Source: Eledone cirrhosa
Taxonomy: Eukaryota
Direction of reading: 5' to 3'
DNA length: 64,000 nt
Assembly (NCBI GenBank): GCA_964016885.1
Contig: OZ024740.1
Coordinates: 189,472,001 to 189,536,000, forward strand
The position numbers and the translations under genes are program-made. The notes below the pieces were generated by a model. That model did no database searches and was not told the origin of the DNA. It worked only from the letters and a program-made list of their open reading frames with translations. Below, in pieces: positions 37,614 to 51,429 of the stretch. Every line of letters begins with the position of its first letter. Positions within the stretch are counted from its first letter, which is position 1.

Positions 37614-37722
37614 TGCTGACAATTGTCTCCTTGATCTGGTACGTCTAGAGTTCGTTAATCGCTAGATGTTGCGTCAATCGAACTCCAATACTTTGTTTAT
37701 AACCAGTTAGTTCATCAGAGCA
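37614..37722 (-). ncRNA. Type I hammerhead with a stem II domain of about 82 nt (GAAA changed to GAGA)
   Basis: TGCT CTGATGA [CTGGT..GAGTTCG..CGAACTC..ACCAG] GAGA CAATTG TC AGCA. Confidence 0.7.
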
Positions 37723-40700
37723 AGCGAATGTGAGGGTAATATACATGGCATGGCTTTTATAGAGAAGTGGTATTAGACCAGAACAATAATATCAATAACA
37801 ACATAACTAGACACTGAATAGTTAAATTAATAACATCAATATAAGTGAGAAATATAATATAATGATAAAATGATAAAACTAGCATGGTAACCGAAGTGAT
37901 ATGATACAGATGTATGAAGTTGACATGTGAAAACTACTATATGTTACTTTAGACGTAGTTTTTGAGGGATGGAGAGATAACTAATAAAATGTACCCAGAG
38001 ATAGATAATTGGAATCTGCCCCTTTAAGTGCAATTATGAGTGATCTACATACAAGTGTGCTGAGCTTATAAAGGCACGCTAGCAATAAACGGGAGATTGA
38101 TTTATGGTCTGATAGATAAGTATTTTCGTTGTATTAACTTATTTCGAATCATGGGGGTTTAGTTTTCACAACTTCGATGACACATAGTGTATAATTAAGA
38201 CAATAAATCAACAATAAAATATGCATGGTAAATAGATAGAGAACATGATGAATAAAATTAGGGACAGGGTACATTAAGATGATCACAATAGTAATAAGAG
38301 GAAAATAAGAACGTAAGAGTTTCAAGGAGTGAAAGGGTAATAATATAATGTACTTAGAATTAGGTTCATCTGTTAGAGATCATGGGTGCTAATGCAAGAT
38401 ATGTAGCTACAATTGTTTGGTCCGAAAGAATAAACAACAGAAAATGCTAGATTTATTTATGGGCCGGCATGATAATTGGTAGATGTTTGTAGATATTATT
38501 GCCCCATCTTGGTGATATAGATGTAGGGAAGTTGGAAGGTGTTTATAGTTCTGAGGTGGGCTGTCTGAGAATGCGATTTCATGCGTTAAATTCTAAGTGA
38601 TTTTCCATTAAGTTCAGGGATGCTGGTTCGAATCACGGTGGTTTAAATCTTGTAAATTTAGTAGCAATGCTATGTCTGCAGAAAATTGACTTTTCTATTT
38701 TGCTGTTAAGTAGCATTTTATCTTACCTGAAGATATGTATCAATTCAAGGTTGCATAGCCCGCAATGGGACATACCGCTGCTATAGGCCTTTGCGGCCGC
38801 TTATTTCGACCAGCTAATATTCTAATCAATGTTTCTGTCGTTAAGTTGCCAGATTTTATTGACGAGGCTTGTGGAATTCACCAGTGCACGGTTCTACATT
38901 GAATGTCTGTGTACATACCATCTTTTTTTTAAAAACACTCACGGTGGATCCAATGTAGTGCCAGGTGGAGTTGGCCGAGTTTACAGTACACATTACACTA
39001 AGCTATAATCCAGGCATCTATTCCCTAATGGACACTTATCTGGTAGGTGGCAATTGCAGGTTGATGTATTATTCTGTGCAGCTTTGGCATTGTGGTTCTG
39101 CAAGTTGTTATGTGTGGGTTGCGATTCATGTCTATTGAAGTTTTGCTTTGGTGGGTTCCGATGCGTTTGTGGTTGTGATACTGTTATGTGCTCTGTGATT
39201 AGTGTTTGGTGCTATGTTGTGTATTGGTGGGGTAGTTTCCTTAGAGATATTCTTGTGGTTGATCTTACGTATGGGCGATTCTATGTTGGCTGCAGTTGAG
39301 TATGAAAGTTTTATAGTTTTTCTATTGAAGATTTTATGGTATCTATGCGATGTAGGGAAGTGTTTATCTATTAGTTTAAAAAACGCAGAAGGCAGTTTAG
39401 TTCTTATAATGGAGTTGAAGATCGGATTAAACCATAGGTATTTTTTTTCTCTTGTTCTTCTATAGTTTTTTTTTTTTAAATTATTAGTGCTTATTCTTCC
39501 TACTCTTGGTGCTAATTATTTAGTCCTATGCCTAGTCCTGTATCTTTTATTTTGGTATGAGCGGTTGGTGTTGGTTTTATTTGGAGTGTTTGTGTCGTCC
39601 TTATCAGTTATAAACTGCAGCTTATCCTTGTGTCCAGCCCTATGTAATGCTACGTTATAATTATTAGCATGTTCATTAAATATTTTTAGGTTCGAGGATA
39701 GGCGGGATATTCTAAGGGATATACTACGTGCTATGGATTTAATTATGGAACGGGGGTGGTTCGAGTTGTAACTGATGTAGGCTAGATTTTTCATTATTTT
39801 TGTGGAAGGGTTCCATCAATCCTGTGTTTATGTTTAGAGTTACATCTAAACAATTTGCTTTTTTAGAATTTAGTTCGAAAGTAATATCTAGGCCTAGTTT
39901 TTTAAAGAATGTTGTAATGTTTTTTCGTAACCTTTCCATGTTCTGGTTATTTAAGTTTTTAGCTATAAGGAGGGTGTCATCTCTATAAATTCCTCATTGG
40001 AGGTTATTGAATTCTTTATGTAGGTTGTGTGCTATAAATATCCCCACAACGTCCGTTATTTGCGCTGAGTCATTCGATCCCATTGTGATATCGAAGCTAT
40101 TCCTCCTATTTTTCTTTCCCATTTTCAAATTTTATGATAGTCCTTCTAGCAGCTAGTAGTATTTTAATTTCATCAGAGGTAAGGTCTGAGTTATTTTGGG
40201 CAAAGGTTAGCGCCTTATTTAGTGTGACTGGGGAGATGGATGTGTAGTAATCATTTTTGTCGAATTGAATGAAGTTGTATTTTTCTCTGTTTCTTATTTT
40301 ACTGAACCATTCTATTGCTTCGCTAGTGTTACCCCATAAACTGATTTCAAGTTTTCCCTTAATTTGTGCGATTATCCTTTCTAGAATGTATTTGCTTATT
40401 TTACCGATATCTGACTTAGATGGGCATATTAATCTAATTGTAGGGTTTGTTTCAAAATTATTTTTGTGATCCTTAAGGTTAAATATGGGCTTACATGGGA
40501 TTAGAGGTTCGGTTTTATCGGATATTTCCAGTTTATTTACTATGCTATGTCCTTCCTTATTAATGCTAGTGAGTGTAGATTCATTTGTATTTTTGTATTT
40601 TTTGTGCAGTTCACGTCGGATGAAATGCTAATTATTGCAGAACCACAATGCGAAAGTTGCACAGAATAATACGTCAAACTGCAATTGCCACCTACCAGAT

Positions 40701-42663
40701 AAGTGCTCATTAGTGGATAGATGCCTGGATTCTAGCTTAGTGTACATGTGTACTGTAAACTCGGCCAAATCCACTTGGCATACATTGGATCCACCGCGAG
40801 TGTCTTTAAAAAAAGATGGTATGTACACAGACATTCAATGAAGAACCGTGCACTGGTGAATTCCCCAACCCTCGTCAATAAAATCTGGCAACTTAAGCAC
40901 AAAAATCTTGATTACAATATTAGCTGATCGAAATAGGCTGGACACAAACACTCCAGATAAAACCAACATCAACCGCCTATACCGAAATAAAAGATACAGG
41001 ACAGGCATATAACTAAACAATTAGCACCAAAAGTAGGAAGACTAAGCACTAATAATAAAAATAACAAAAACTATAGAAGAACTAGAGAAAGAAAATACCC
41101 ATGGCTTAATCCGATCTTCAACTCATCTATAAGAACTAAACTGCCTTCTACGTTTTTTAAACTAATAGATAAACACTTCCCTACATCGCATATATACCAT
41201 AAAATCTTCAATAGAAAATCTATAAAACTTTCATACTCAACTGCAGCCAACATAGAATCGCCCATACGTAAGATCAACCACAAGAATATCTCTAAGGAAA
41301 CTACCCCACCAATACACAACATAGCACCAAACACTAAACACAGAGCACATAACAGTATCACAACCACAAACGCATCGGAACCCACCGAAGCAAAACTCCA
41401 ATAGGCATGAATCGCAACCCACACATAACAACTTGCAGAACCACAATGCCAAAGCTGCACAGAATAATATTTCAACCTGCAATTGCCACCTACCAGATAA
41501 GTGTCCATTAGTGAATAGATGCCTGGATTATAGCTTAGTGTAATGTGTACTGTAAACTTGGCCAACTCCACCTGGCACTACATTGGATCCATCGCGATTG
41601 ATTTAAAAAAAGATTGTATGTACACAGACATTCAATGAAGAACCGTGCACTGGTGAATTCCACAACCCTCGTCAATAAAATCTGGCACATTAAGGACAAA
41701 ACATTAATTACAATATTAGCAGGTCGAAATTAGCGGCCGCAAAGGCCTATAGCAGCGGTATGTCCCATTGCAGGCTATGCAACCTTGAATTGCTACATAT
41801 CTTAAGGTACGATAAAATGCTACAGCAAGATAGAAAAGTCAATTTTCTGCAGACATAGGATTGCTACTAAATTTACGTGATTTAAACCACCGTGATTTGA
41901 ACCAGCATCCCTGAACTTAATGGAAAATCACTTAGAACTTAACGTATGAAATCCACATTCTCAGACAGCCCACCTCAGATCTATAAACACCATCCAGCCT
42001 CCCTACATCTATATCACCAAGATGGGGCAATAATATCTACTGACATCTACCAATTATCATGTCATCCCATAAATCAATCTAGCATTTTCTGTTGTTTATT
42101 CTTTCGGACCAAACAATTGTAGCTACATATCTCGCATTAGCACCCATGATCTCTAACAGATGAACCTAATTCTAAGTACATTATATTATAACCCTTACAC
42201 TCCTTGAGATTCTTACTTTCTTATTTTCCTCTTATTACGATTATGATCATCTTAATGTACCCTGTCCCTAATTTTATTCATCATGTTCTCTATCTATTTG
42301 CTATGCATATTTTATTATTGATTTATTGTCTTAACTATACACTACGTGTCATCGAAGTTGTGAAAACTAAACCCCCATGATTCGAAATAAGTTAATAAAA
42401 CGAAAATACTTATCTATCAGACTATATATCAATCTCCCGTTTATTGCTAGCGTGCCTTTATAAGCTCAGCACACTTGTATGTAGATCACTCATAATTGAA
42501 CTTAAAGGGGCAGATTCCAAATATCTATCTCTGGGTACATTTTATTAGTTATCTCTCCATCCCTCAAAAACTACGTCTAAAGTAACCTATAGTAGTTTTC
42601 ACATGTCACCTTCATACATCTGTATCATATCACTTCGGTTACCATGCTAGTTTTATCATTTTA

Positions 42664-43064
42664 TCTCCTTATAATATATAACCAGCAATTTCTCTGTCTG
42701 TCTGTCCGACAGTGGAAACACGTGCGCCCGTGCGAATATTTTTTGCGCACGCATAGAGAGAGAGTGAGAGTGAAAGAAAGAGACAGACTACGAGAGGGGG
42801 ATAGCGGGAAGGAGAGAGAGTGAATAGAGCTAAAACAATTGCGCGCGTGTGAATGTTTTTGCGCGCGCGTAGAGAGAGAGAGTGAGAGTGAAATATAGAG
42901 ACAGACTACAATAGCGGAATAGCGGGAGGGAGAGAGGGGGAATTGAGGAGTGCTACAGAAACATATATACATTTCTGTGTGTGTGTAATATATATATATA
43001 TATATACACACACAGAAATATATATATATACACACAGAAATATATATACATTTCTGTGTGTGTA

Positions 43065-43095
<31 letters not shown>

Positions 43096-43174
43096 GAAAT
43101 ATATATACATTTCTGTGTGTGTAATATATATATATATATATACACACACAGAAATAAATGGGCATTTCTCTGCT

Positions 43175-43210
<36 letters not shown>

Positions 43211-43985
43211 CTTCCCTAAAACTCAAATGTACGTGCTACAGAAATATTACCTACCCCTTCCTTTCTCCACTTTGGTACTACCAAGAGAAACACTGTCGCT
43301 ATAGACACATTACCTTCCCCTCTCCACTGACTTTGGTCACTGAGGCCGAGGGAATCGCTGGTTGCTATAGAGACACCTTGCACAAGCCAGAGGTAACCAG
43401 TTCGAGGCGGTTCTACATGACACCATGCCAAGGACCATTTGAAAAAGGTTGCCATTGAATTTCTAGTTTGAAGAAGGTTGCCATTGAATTTGTGGTTGTT
43501 GCTGCTTATAATCTCCTTATAATATATAACCAGCAATTTCTCTGTCTGTCTGTCCGACAGTGGAAACACGTGCGCGCGTGCGAATGTTTTTTGCTCACGC
43601 GTAGAGAGAGAGTGAAAGTGAAACAAAGAGATAGACTACGAGTGGGGGATAGCGGGAGGGAGAGAGGGAGCGAGAGAGTGAAGAGACGCTAAAACACGTG
43701 CGCGCGTGCGAATTATTTTTGCGCACGCGTATAGAGAGAGTGAGAGTGAAAGAAAGAGACAGACTACAAGAGGGGGTTAGCGGGAGGGAGAGAGGGGGAA
43801 TTGAGGAGTGCTACAGAAACATATATACATTTCTGTGTGTGTGTGTGTAATATATATATATATACACACACAGAAATATATATATATACACACAGAAATA
43901 TATATACATTTCTGTGTGTGTAATATATATATATATATACTAGATTTGCTAGCAGAAAAGCGCCCATCGGGTGGTTTTCTGCTAG
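42664..43985 (+). mobile_element. Composite non-autonomous Helitron inserted in the PLE 3' UTR
   Basis: 5' TC at 42664, 3' CTAG ending at 43985, terminal hairpin 43949-43985, inserted at A|T with no TSD. The empty site is visible in the inverted copy at about 37851-37887. A second 5' end starts at 43512. Confidence 0.9.
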
Positions 43986-44129
43986 TCATTATATTATATT
44001 TCTCACTTATATTGATGTTATTAATTTAACTATTCAGTGTCTAGTTATTTTGTTATTGATATTATTGTTCTGGTCTAATACCACTTCTCTATAAAAGCCA
44101 TGCCTTGTATATTACCCTCACATTCGCTT

Positions 44130-44236
44130 GCTCTGATGAATTAACTGGTTATAAACAAAGTATTGGAGTTCGATTGACGCAACATCTAGCGATTAGCGAA
44201 CTCTAGACCTACCAGATCAAAGAAGCAATTGTCAGC
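44130..44236 (+). ncRNA. Type I hammerhead with long stem II (GAAA changed to GAAG); partner of 37614-37722
   Basis: GCT CTGATGA..GAAG CAATTG TC AGC. Confidence 0.7.
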
Positions 44237-44477
44237 CCTTATTGTAAAGACAACCAATTGTCAAGCCCTTATTGTAAAGACAACCATGTTACTCTTATCT
44301 CTTGAATTATTATTGCTCCAAGTATAACCTACATAGAAATCACCGTGAACTCGCTGCATGACAATGGAAGCGTCTTGTTGAGTCAAACTAAACCATACGT
44401 TAATACCATCCACAACACAGAGTACTCTAACTGGACTACCTCTAAGTGGATTGCCTATAACGATAACTTGTTATCCC

Positions 44478-44555
<78 letters not shown>

Positions 44556-44601
44556 TGCATGTATACGTACATACATATATGTATACAGACGTACAGTAGC
44601 A

Positions 44602-44669
<68 letters not shown>

Positions 44670-44834
44670 TATATACATATGCATACAGGTACACATACAT
44701 ATATGCACGTATCAGTTTAGCGGACGCTTATTATAACGCCGCTTTGTTCGTTTGTAAACAAACTGAATAGCCTGAATTTATGCCATACGGTGTTAAGGCA
44801 ACCACGTCACCTTTTTGTTCAACACTGACACAGG

Positions 44835-44879
44835 AACGATGTACTAGTTTCAAGCTTGTTAGCTATCATCAGCACCGTT
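44835..44879 (-). ncRNA. Intact minimal type I hammerhead
   Basis: AACGGTG CTGATGA T AGCT aaca AGCT T GAAA CTAG TA CATCGTT; GUA triplet. Confidence 0.9.
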
Positions 44880-45201
44880 TACCCATCTGCGAGATAGTTG
44901 AACGTTCGAAAGTATATACTTTCCTTATGAAAATTAACGGCTGAGCAGCCTAATTTGCATATTGAGTGAGTTAAATCGGTCAGGCATACCGAAAACGATA
45001 AATTGAAATAAAATGAAAACGAAATTTCATTTCTCACTCTTAGTATGGCACTTACTTAAATGTAAGTATGCATGTATACGTACATACATATATGTATACA
45101 GACGTAAAGTAGCATGCATATATATATATATATATCATCATCATCATCATCATCAACGTTTAACGTCCGTGTTCCACGCTTGCATGGGTTTGGACGGGGG
45201 T

Positions 45202-45256
<55 letters not shown>

Positions 45257-45421
45257 TATATACATATGCATACAGGTACACATACATATATGCACGTATC
45301 AGTTTAGCGGACGCTTATTATAACGCCGCTTTGTTCGTTTGTAAACAAACTGAATAGCCTGAATTTATGCCATACGGTGTTAAGGCAACCACGTCACCTT
45401 TTTGTTCAACACTGACACAGG

Positions 45422-45466
45422 AACGATGTACTAGTTTCAAGCTTGTTAGCTATCATCAGCACCGTT
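45422..45466 (-). ncRNA. Intact minimal type I hammerhead
   Basis: Identical to 44835-44879. Confidence 0.9.
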
Positions 45467-45701
45467 TACCCATCTGCCAGATAGTTGAACGTTCGAAAGT
45501 ATATACTTTCCTTATGAAAATTAACGACTGAGCAGCCTAATTTGCATATTGAGTGAGTTAAATCGGTCAGGCATACCGAAAACGATAAATTGAAATAAAA
45601 TGAAAACGAAATGTCATTCCTCACTCTTAGTATGGCACTTACTTATATGTAAGTATGCATGTATACGTACATACATATATGTATACAGACGTAAAGTAGC
45701 A

Positions 45702-45783
<82 letters not shown>

Positions 45784-45935
45784 TATATACATATGCATAC
45801 AGGTACACATACATATATGCACGTATCAGTTTAGCGGACGCTTATTATAACGTTCGAACAAAGCGGCGTTATAATAAGCGTCCGCTAAACTGATACGTGC
45901 ATATATGTATGTGTACCTGTATGCATATGTATATA

Positions 45936-46002
<67 letters not shown>

Positions 46003-46240
46003 GCATGCTATTGTACGTCTGTATACATATATGTATGTACGTATACATGCATACTTACATTTAAGTAAGTGCCACACTAAGAGTGAGAAACGAAATTTCG
46101 TTTTCATTTTATTTCAATTTATCGTTTTCGGTATGCCTGACCGATTTAACTCACTCAATATGCAAATTAGGCTGCTCAGCCGTTAATTTTCATAAGGAAA
46201 GTATATACTTTCGAACGTTCAACTATCTGGGAGATGGGTA

Positions 46241-46285
46241 AACGGTGCTGATGATAGCTAACATGCTTGAAACTAGTACATCGTT
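46241..46285 (+). ncRNA. Minimal type I hammerhead with one stem II mismatch
   Basis: AACGGTG CTGATGA T AGCT aaca TGCT T GAAA CTAG TA CATCGTT. Confidence 0.85.
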
Positions 46286-46450
46286 CCTGTATCAGTGTTG
46301 AACAAAAAGGTGACGTGGTTGCCTTAACACCGTATGGCATAAATTCAGGCTGTTCAGTTTGTTTACAAACGAACAAAGCGGCGTCATAATAAGCGTCCGC
46401 TAAACTGATACGTGCATATATGTATGTGTACCTGTATGCATATGTATATA

Positions 46451-46546
<96 letters not shown>

Positions 46547-46685
46547 GGTTTGAGGTTCACCACTGTATAGAGCTGGTCTATTCCGTATGGTCAATCGTAA
46601 TGCAATAATATAGAGAGTACTCAAAGTAAAGCAGTTCAACCGTCTTTGTTTTTGTAGTTGGTGGTGCTATTACGGAGTTAAATAT

Positions 46686-46804
46686 TATAATGAAATGACA
46701 GGAGGCTGGATTTGTGTAAATCCTTGAAAGGTTTATTATTGAAATGATCATAGTATAATAAACCTTTCAAGGATTTACACAAATCCAGCCTCCTGTCATT
46801 TCAT

Positions 46805-46808
<4 letters not shown>
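46686..46808. repeat. Perfect 54-bp inverted repeat with 15-nt spacer, inside a short insertion (46543-46810) in a (TA)n tract
   Basis: 46686-46739 is the exact reverse complement of 46755-46808. GAGTACTCAA motif at 46615. Confidence 0.9.
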
Positions 46809-46847
<39 letters not shown>

Positions 46848-47082
46848 TGCTACTGTACGTCTGTATACATATATGTATGTACGTATACATGCATACTTAC
46901 ATTTAAGTAAGTGCCATACTAAGAGTGAGAAATGAAATTTCGTTTTCATTTTATTTCAATTTATCGTTTTCGGTATGCCTGACCGATTTAACTCACTCAA
47001 TATGCAAATTAGGCTGCTCAGCCGTTAATTTTCATAAGGAAAGTATATACTTTCGAACGTTCAACTATCTGGCAGATGGGTA

Positions 47083-47127
47083 AACGGTGCTGATGATAGC
47101 TAACAAGCTTGAAACTAGTACATCGTT
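47083..47127 (+). ncRNA. Intact minimal type I hammerhead
   Basis: Same sequence as the minus-strand motif at 44835-44879. Confidence 0.9.
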
Positions 47128-47292
47128 CCTGTGTCAGTGTTGAACAAAAAGGTGACGTGGTTGCCTTAACACCGTATGGCATAAATTCAGGCTGTTCAGT
47201 TTGTTTACAAACGAACTAAGCGGCGTTATAATAAGCGTCCGCTAAACTGATACGTGCATATATGTATGTGTACCTGTATGCATATGTATATA

Positions 47293-47382
<90 letters not shown>

Positions 47383-47493
47383 TGCTACTGTACGTCTGTA
47401 TACATATATGTATGTACGTATACATGCATAGTTACATTTAAGTAAGTGCCATACTAAGAGTGAAAAATGAAATTTCGTTTTCATTTTATTTCA

Positions 47494-47525
<32 letters not shown>

Positions 47526-49653
47526 ACATATTGTTATATATGTATGTGTGGTGTGTATATATGTGTATATATATGAATAGGCATATGAATATATATGTAT
47601 ATATATATACATATATCTTTATGTATATATGTGTATATGTATGTATATATGTAAACATTATATATACGTAAATAAATATTTATACTCACAATTTAAACAA
47701 ACCACTCATATATATATATATATTAAATATATATATATAAACATACATTTATATATATACTTTAAGAAATACACACGCACACACAACTTCCCCATATATA
47801 TATATACATATATAATACATATATTGTCATACACCTAAACATTTTAACATTTATCTACACACATTTATATTTATACATATATTTGATTAATCGAAGAGAA
47901 TAGTGTAACATAGTCTAGGAAGCAGAAAGAAAAATAAATAGAAAAAGAAACCTACCAACTATTTCTCTCGCATTAAATTCAATATATTTCCGTTAAATTC
48001 ATATTCCTTTTATTTGTCAAAAGAGTAATTAATGTTTTCTACATGTGAAATGCCTTAAGTAAATATGAATCTCTATTACACGATAGTGATTCATTTAGAT
48101 ATTAATCAACTGTATTATTAATGTCACTTAGGCGTTCATATCCGTTTCCTTTATAAACACGGAGCTTTGACGCAATATGACTTTATGCAAGAAGAAAAAC
48201 CACCTGTAGCTTGTTTGATTTTAAATCTTACTCATATCACCTACCCTCTCTGTCTGCGCGTTTGCAATCTCCCCCGCCCCCCATCTCCGTGAGTATAGAA
48301 ATATATCTGTTAATACGTATATATGCGTCTATATGTATTTATGTATCTGCCTGCGCGCTGATAAATAGACGCATACACGTGCTTAAACACATGTAAACTT
48401 ACGTAGATATATGTATCAGAAAATTAAATGGAAACAAAAAATCAAACAATGCAGTGTTGTGATAAGATATATTAGTTTAACACTTGATAGAGAAGAAAAA
48501 AAATCTTTAGGTCTCGGACATTAGTTGTTCACGAAAAGTTAGAATAAGAACTCTAGAGATATAATAGAAATATAATGAGTGGGAAGAGGAAGGAAAGGAA
48601 AATGTTTTGGATAAAAATTACGTGTGTGATTAGGCAGCTTTTTGGGGTAACATATGCCTAGTTTAATTTTATTGTTAATTTCCTTTTCATATAGGATACT
48701 GTAAATGGCGGAAACATATTTGTCTTTGATTCCATTTGATTGGGTTACATAATTTATTGTTTATATGGCTAATATTTCGAAATAAAATATCTCATTCTAA
48801 AAAACAGTATCTTATTTATTTTAAAATGTATAGTTTGTGTGCAGCTGAAGGCTCAAGATATTAACTCTACCAACTGGGTTCGAAATAAAAGAGAGTATAT
48901 TCTACTTTTATTTACATAGAAGGAAATTTCAGTTATCAGATTTTAGGTACATCCATGTTTCGAACACTTCTTAGCTACTGGTTATTTGCACATTCCGGGA
49001 TCAAAGCGCGCGCAGCATACCATCGCGTCCATTTCCTCATTTACTACAATATTCTTTACATCGTACCAAGCCTTCGAGTTCTCTCATCATCTCTTTTCTC
49101 TCGTCGCTACTTTCTACGCTATGAACTTTGTGTTGTACTTCATCAATTAGAAAGGTCGTGTACAGCAATAACAGATCAACTATAGTTTTTTTTTATCTGT
49201 AAGTTAACTAGATAATGTATGTGAAACCTTGAAAAGGTTCGAGTGTTATGCACAAACCTTTAGATTTACAGAACTTCTACAAACTATAATCACAGCATAT
49301 GTGCTATCTACGCTTGTTGAAAGGGATATTGGATCTATTAAGCACAAAAAAGCTAATCTTTAATATTTAATATTTCACATTAACACACAGACACATTCAC
49401 AAAGACACAAACACACAAAGACCAATACAAAAACATACATATATTCGAAAGAGTTTAAGTTGTCATAAAACTTAAATTCAAATTAAATTCAAGTGAGAGA
49501 ACATCTATGATGTTAGTCAATTAGCAGCTAAAATTTCTTTAAACGTTTTATCAACATACAGGAAGTATAAATCAGAGCCAAAGTTTAAATGCACCCAATT
49601 TTCTTTGCTCATATTTTCCCCATCTTACAGGCTCTCTATCTCTCCTCAACTCT

Positions 49654-49684
<31 letters not shown>

Positions 49685-50148
49685 CACACACACACACGCA
49701 CTCACACACACACATATATATATATATATTAAATTACAAAATACGAGGAAATAATAGACAAAAATATAACTATTTTTTCTTCAAAGTTCCGACTGCGCAG
49801 TTTCGTTGATGCATATGGAACAATTGTACATTATAGAATTGCACCATCGTGGTGAGGCAAATCAGCTTGTCAAGGAATATCTCAGAGAAAAAGACTGTTT
49901 TCCAGACGCGTTTGTAGAAAGTGAGAAAATCTCTATAGGCGGAGGGCGGAATTAAGAAAAAAGACTGTTTACTTTCTAGCAAGTGAAAATATCTCAGGAG
50001 GTGGAGGGAGAAATTAATATATGATACATATATATATTCATTTTATTATAGAAATGATTTCTAGAATAATATGAGAACATGTATATCTCTATACTCTACT
50101 AACGTACTGAGAGTGTTCGCCTCCCGAATTACATAGGCATCCTAGGTA

Positions 50149-50673
<525 letters not shown>

Positions 50674-51225
50674 CATAGATATTTATTGAACGTTTATAGT
50701 TGTTTTGGCATAACTCTATAAATCAGATTCTGGAAAAGTTCATAATTTCATTCCCTTGCTGAAGTCAAAAATGGAAATTGATCAAAGGTTCTTTTGTCTG
50801 TTTTCCACTCAGACTCAGGAAAATGCCTTTCAGTTTTTCCATATCATTGAGATCGGGAAATTGACCATCTATTGTTCAATCAGAGCCCTCTTTTCTCGTA
50901 CAGCATCATTTAGAAGTATACATACAAGCTGAAAATATCAATGCGATCAAATTATTTGCTTTTTCTACTTTTATTTTACCACAGCAATAACCAGACAACA
51001 ATATGTCAAATAAAAATGTATTACGAAAATTCAGAACAATTTGAAAACTGATCACAAGTTAAAGAGAAATGAACGGCTTTGATTTCACATGAAAAGGATT
51101 GCATATCAAACAATTTAAAAAACATGAAAAACTTCTTTTCAGTCTTTCATTCGATTTCTAAGAATACATTCCAAGACATATGAGAAAAACAGAGTGCAGC
51201 CTCGTACGAAAACAGAAGGCTATAT

Positions 51226-51256
<31 letters not shown>

Positions 51257-51331
51257 GAGTGTGTGCGTGTGTGTGTGCGCGTGTGTGTGTATATACACAC
51301 ACATACACTCACACACACAGACACCCACACG

Positions 51332-51413
<82 letters not shown>

Positions 51414-51429
51414 CATATATATATACATC

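Larger units (their letters stand above)
37559..44480. mobile_element. Naiad-like PLE present as a head-to-head inverted pair (minus copy 37559-40620, plus copy about 40940-44480) with arms of about 2 kb
   Basis: Minus copy carries RT relics (FDITMGSNDSAQITDVVG, IYRDDTL, SNHP), WFNP, and CNCHLPDKCPL. The plus copy repeats the endonuclease and 3' UTR in reverse complement. An extra EN fragment lies at 40635-40940. Both outer ends are in (TA)n. Confidence 0.9.
44552..47497. mobile_element. Palindromic array of retrozyme-like units of about 527 nt (left half minus, right half plus)
   Basis: CAGGT landmark at 44686, 45273 and 45800 gives periods of 587 (with insert) and 527. Orientation flips at about 45851-45857. 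Four hammerheads; each unit contains its own (TA)n tract. Confidence 0.92.

Noticed and set aside
47900-50100. Repeat-poor stretch with a few CpG-rich patches as possible host regulatory DNA or exons
   Set aside because: No ORF, splice pattern or motif could be supported without comparative or transcript data.
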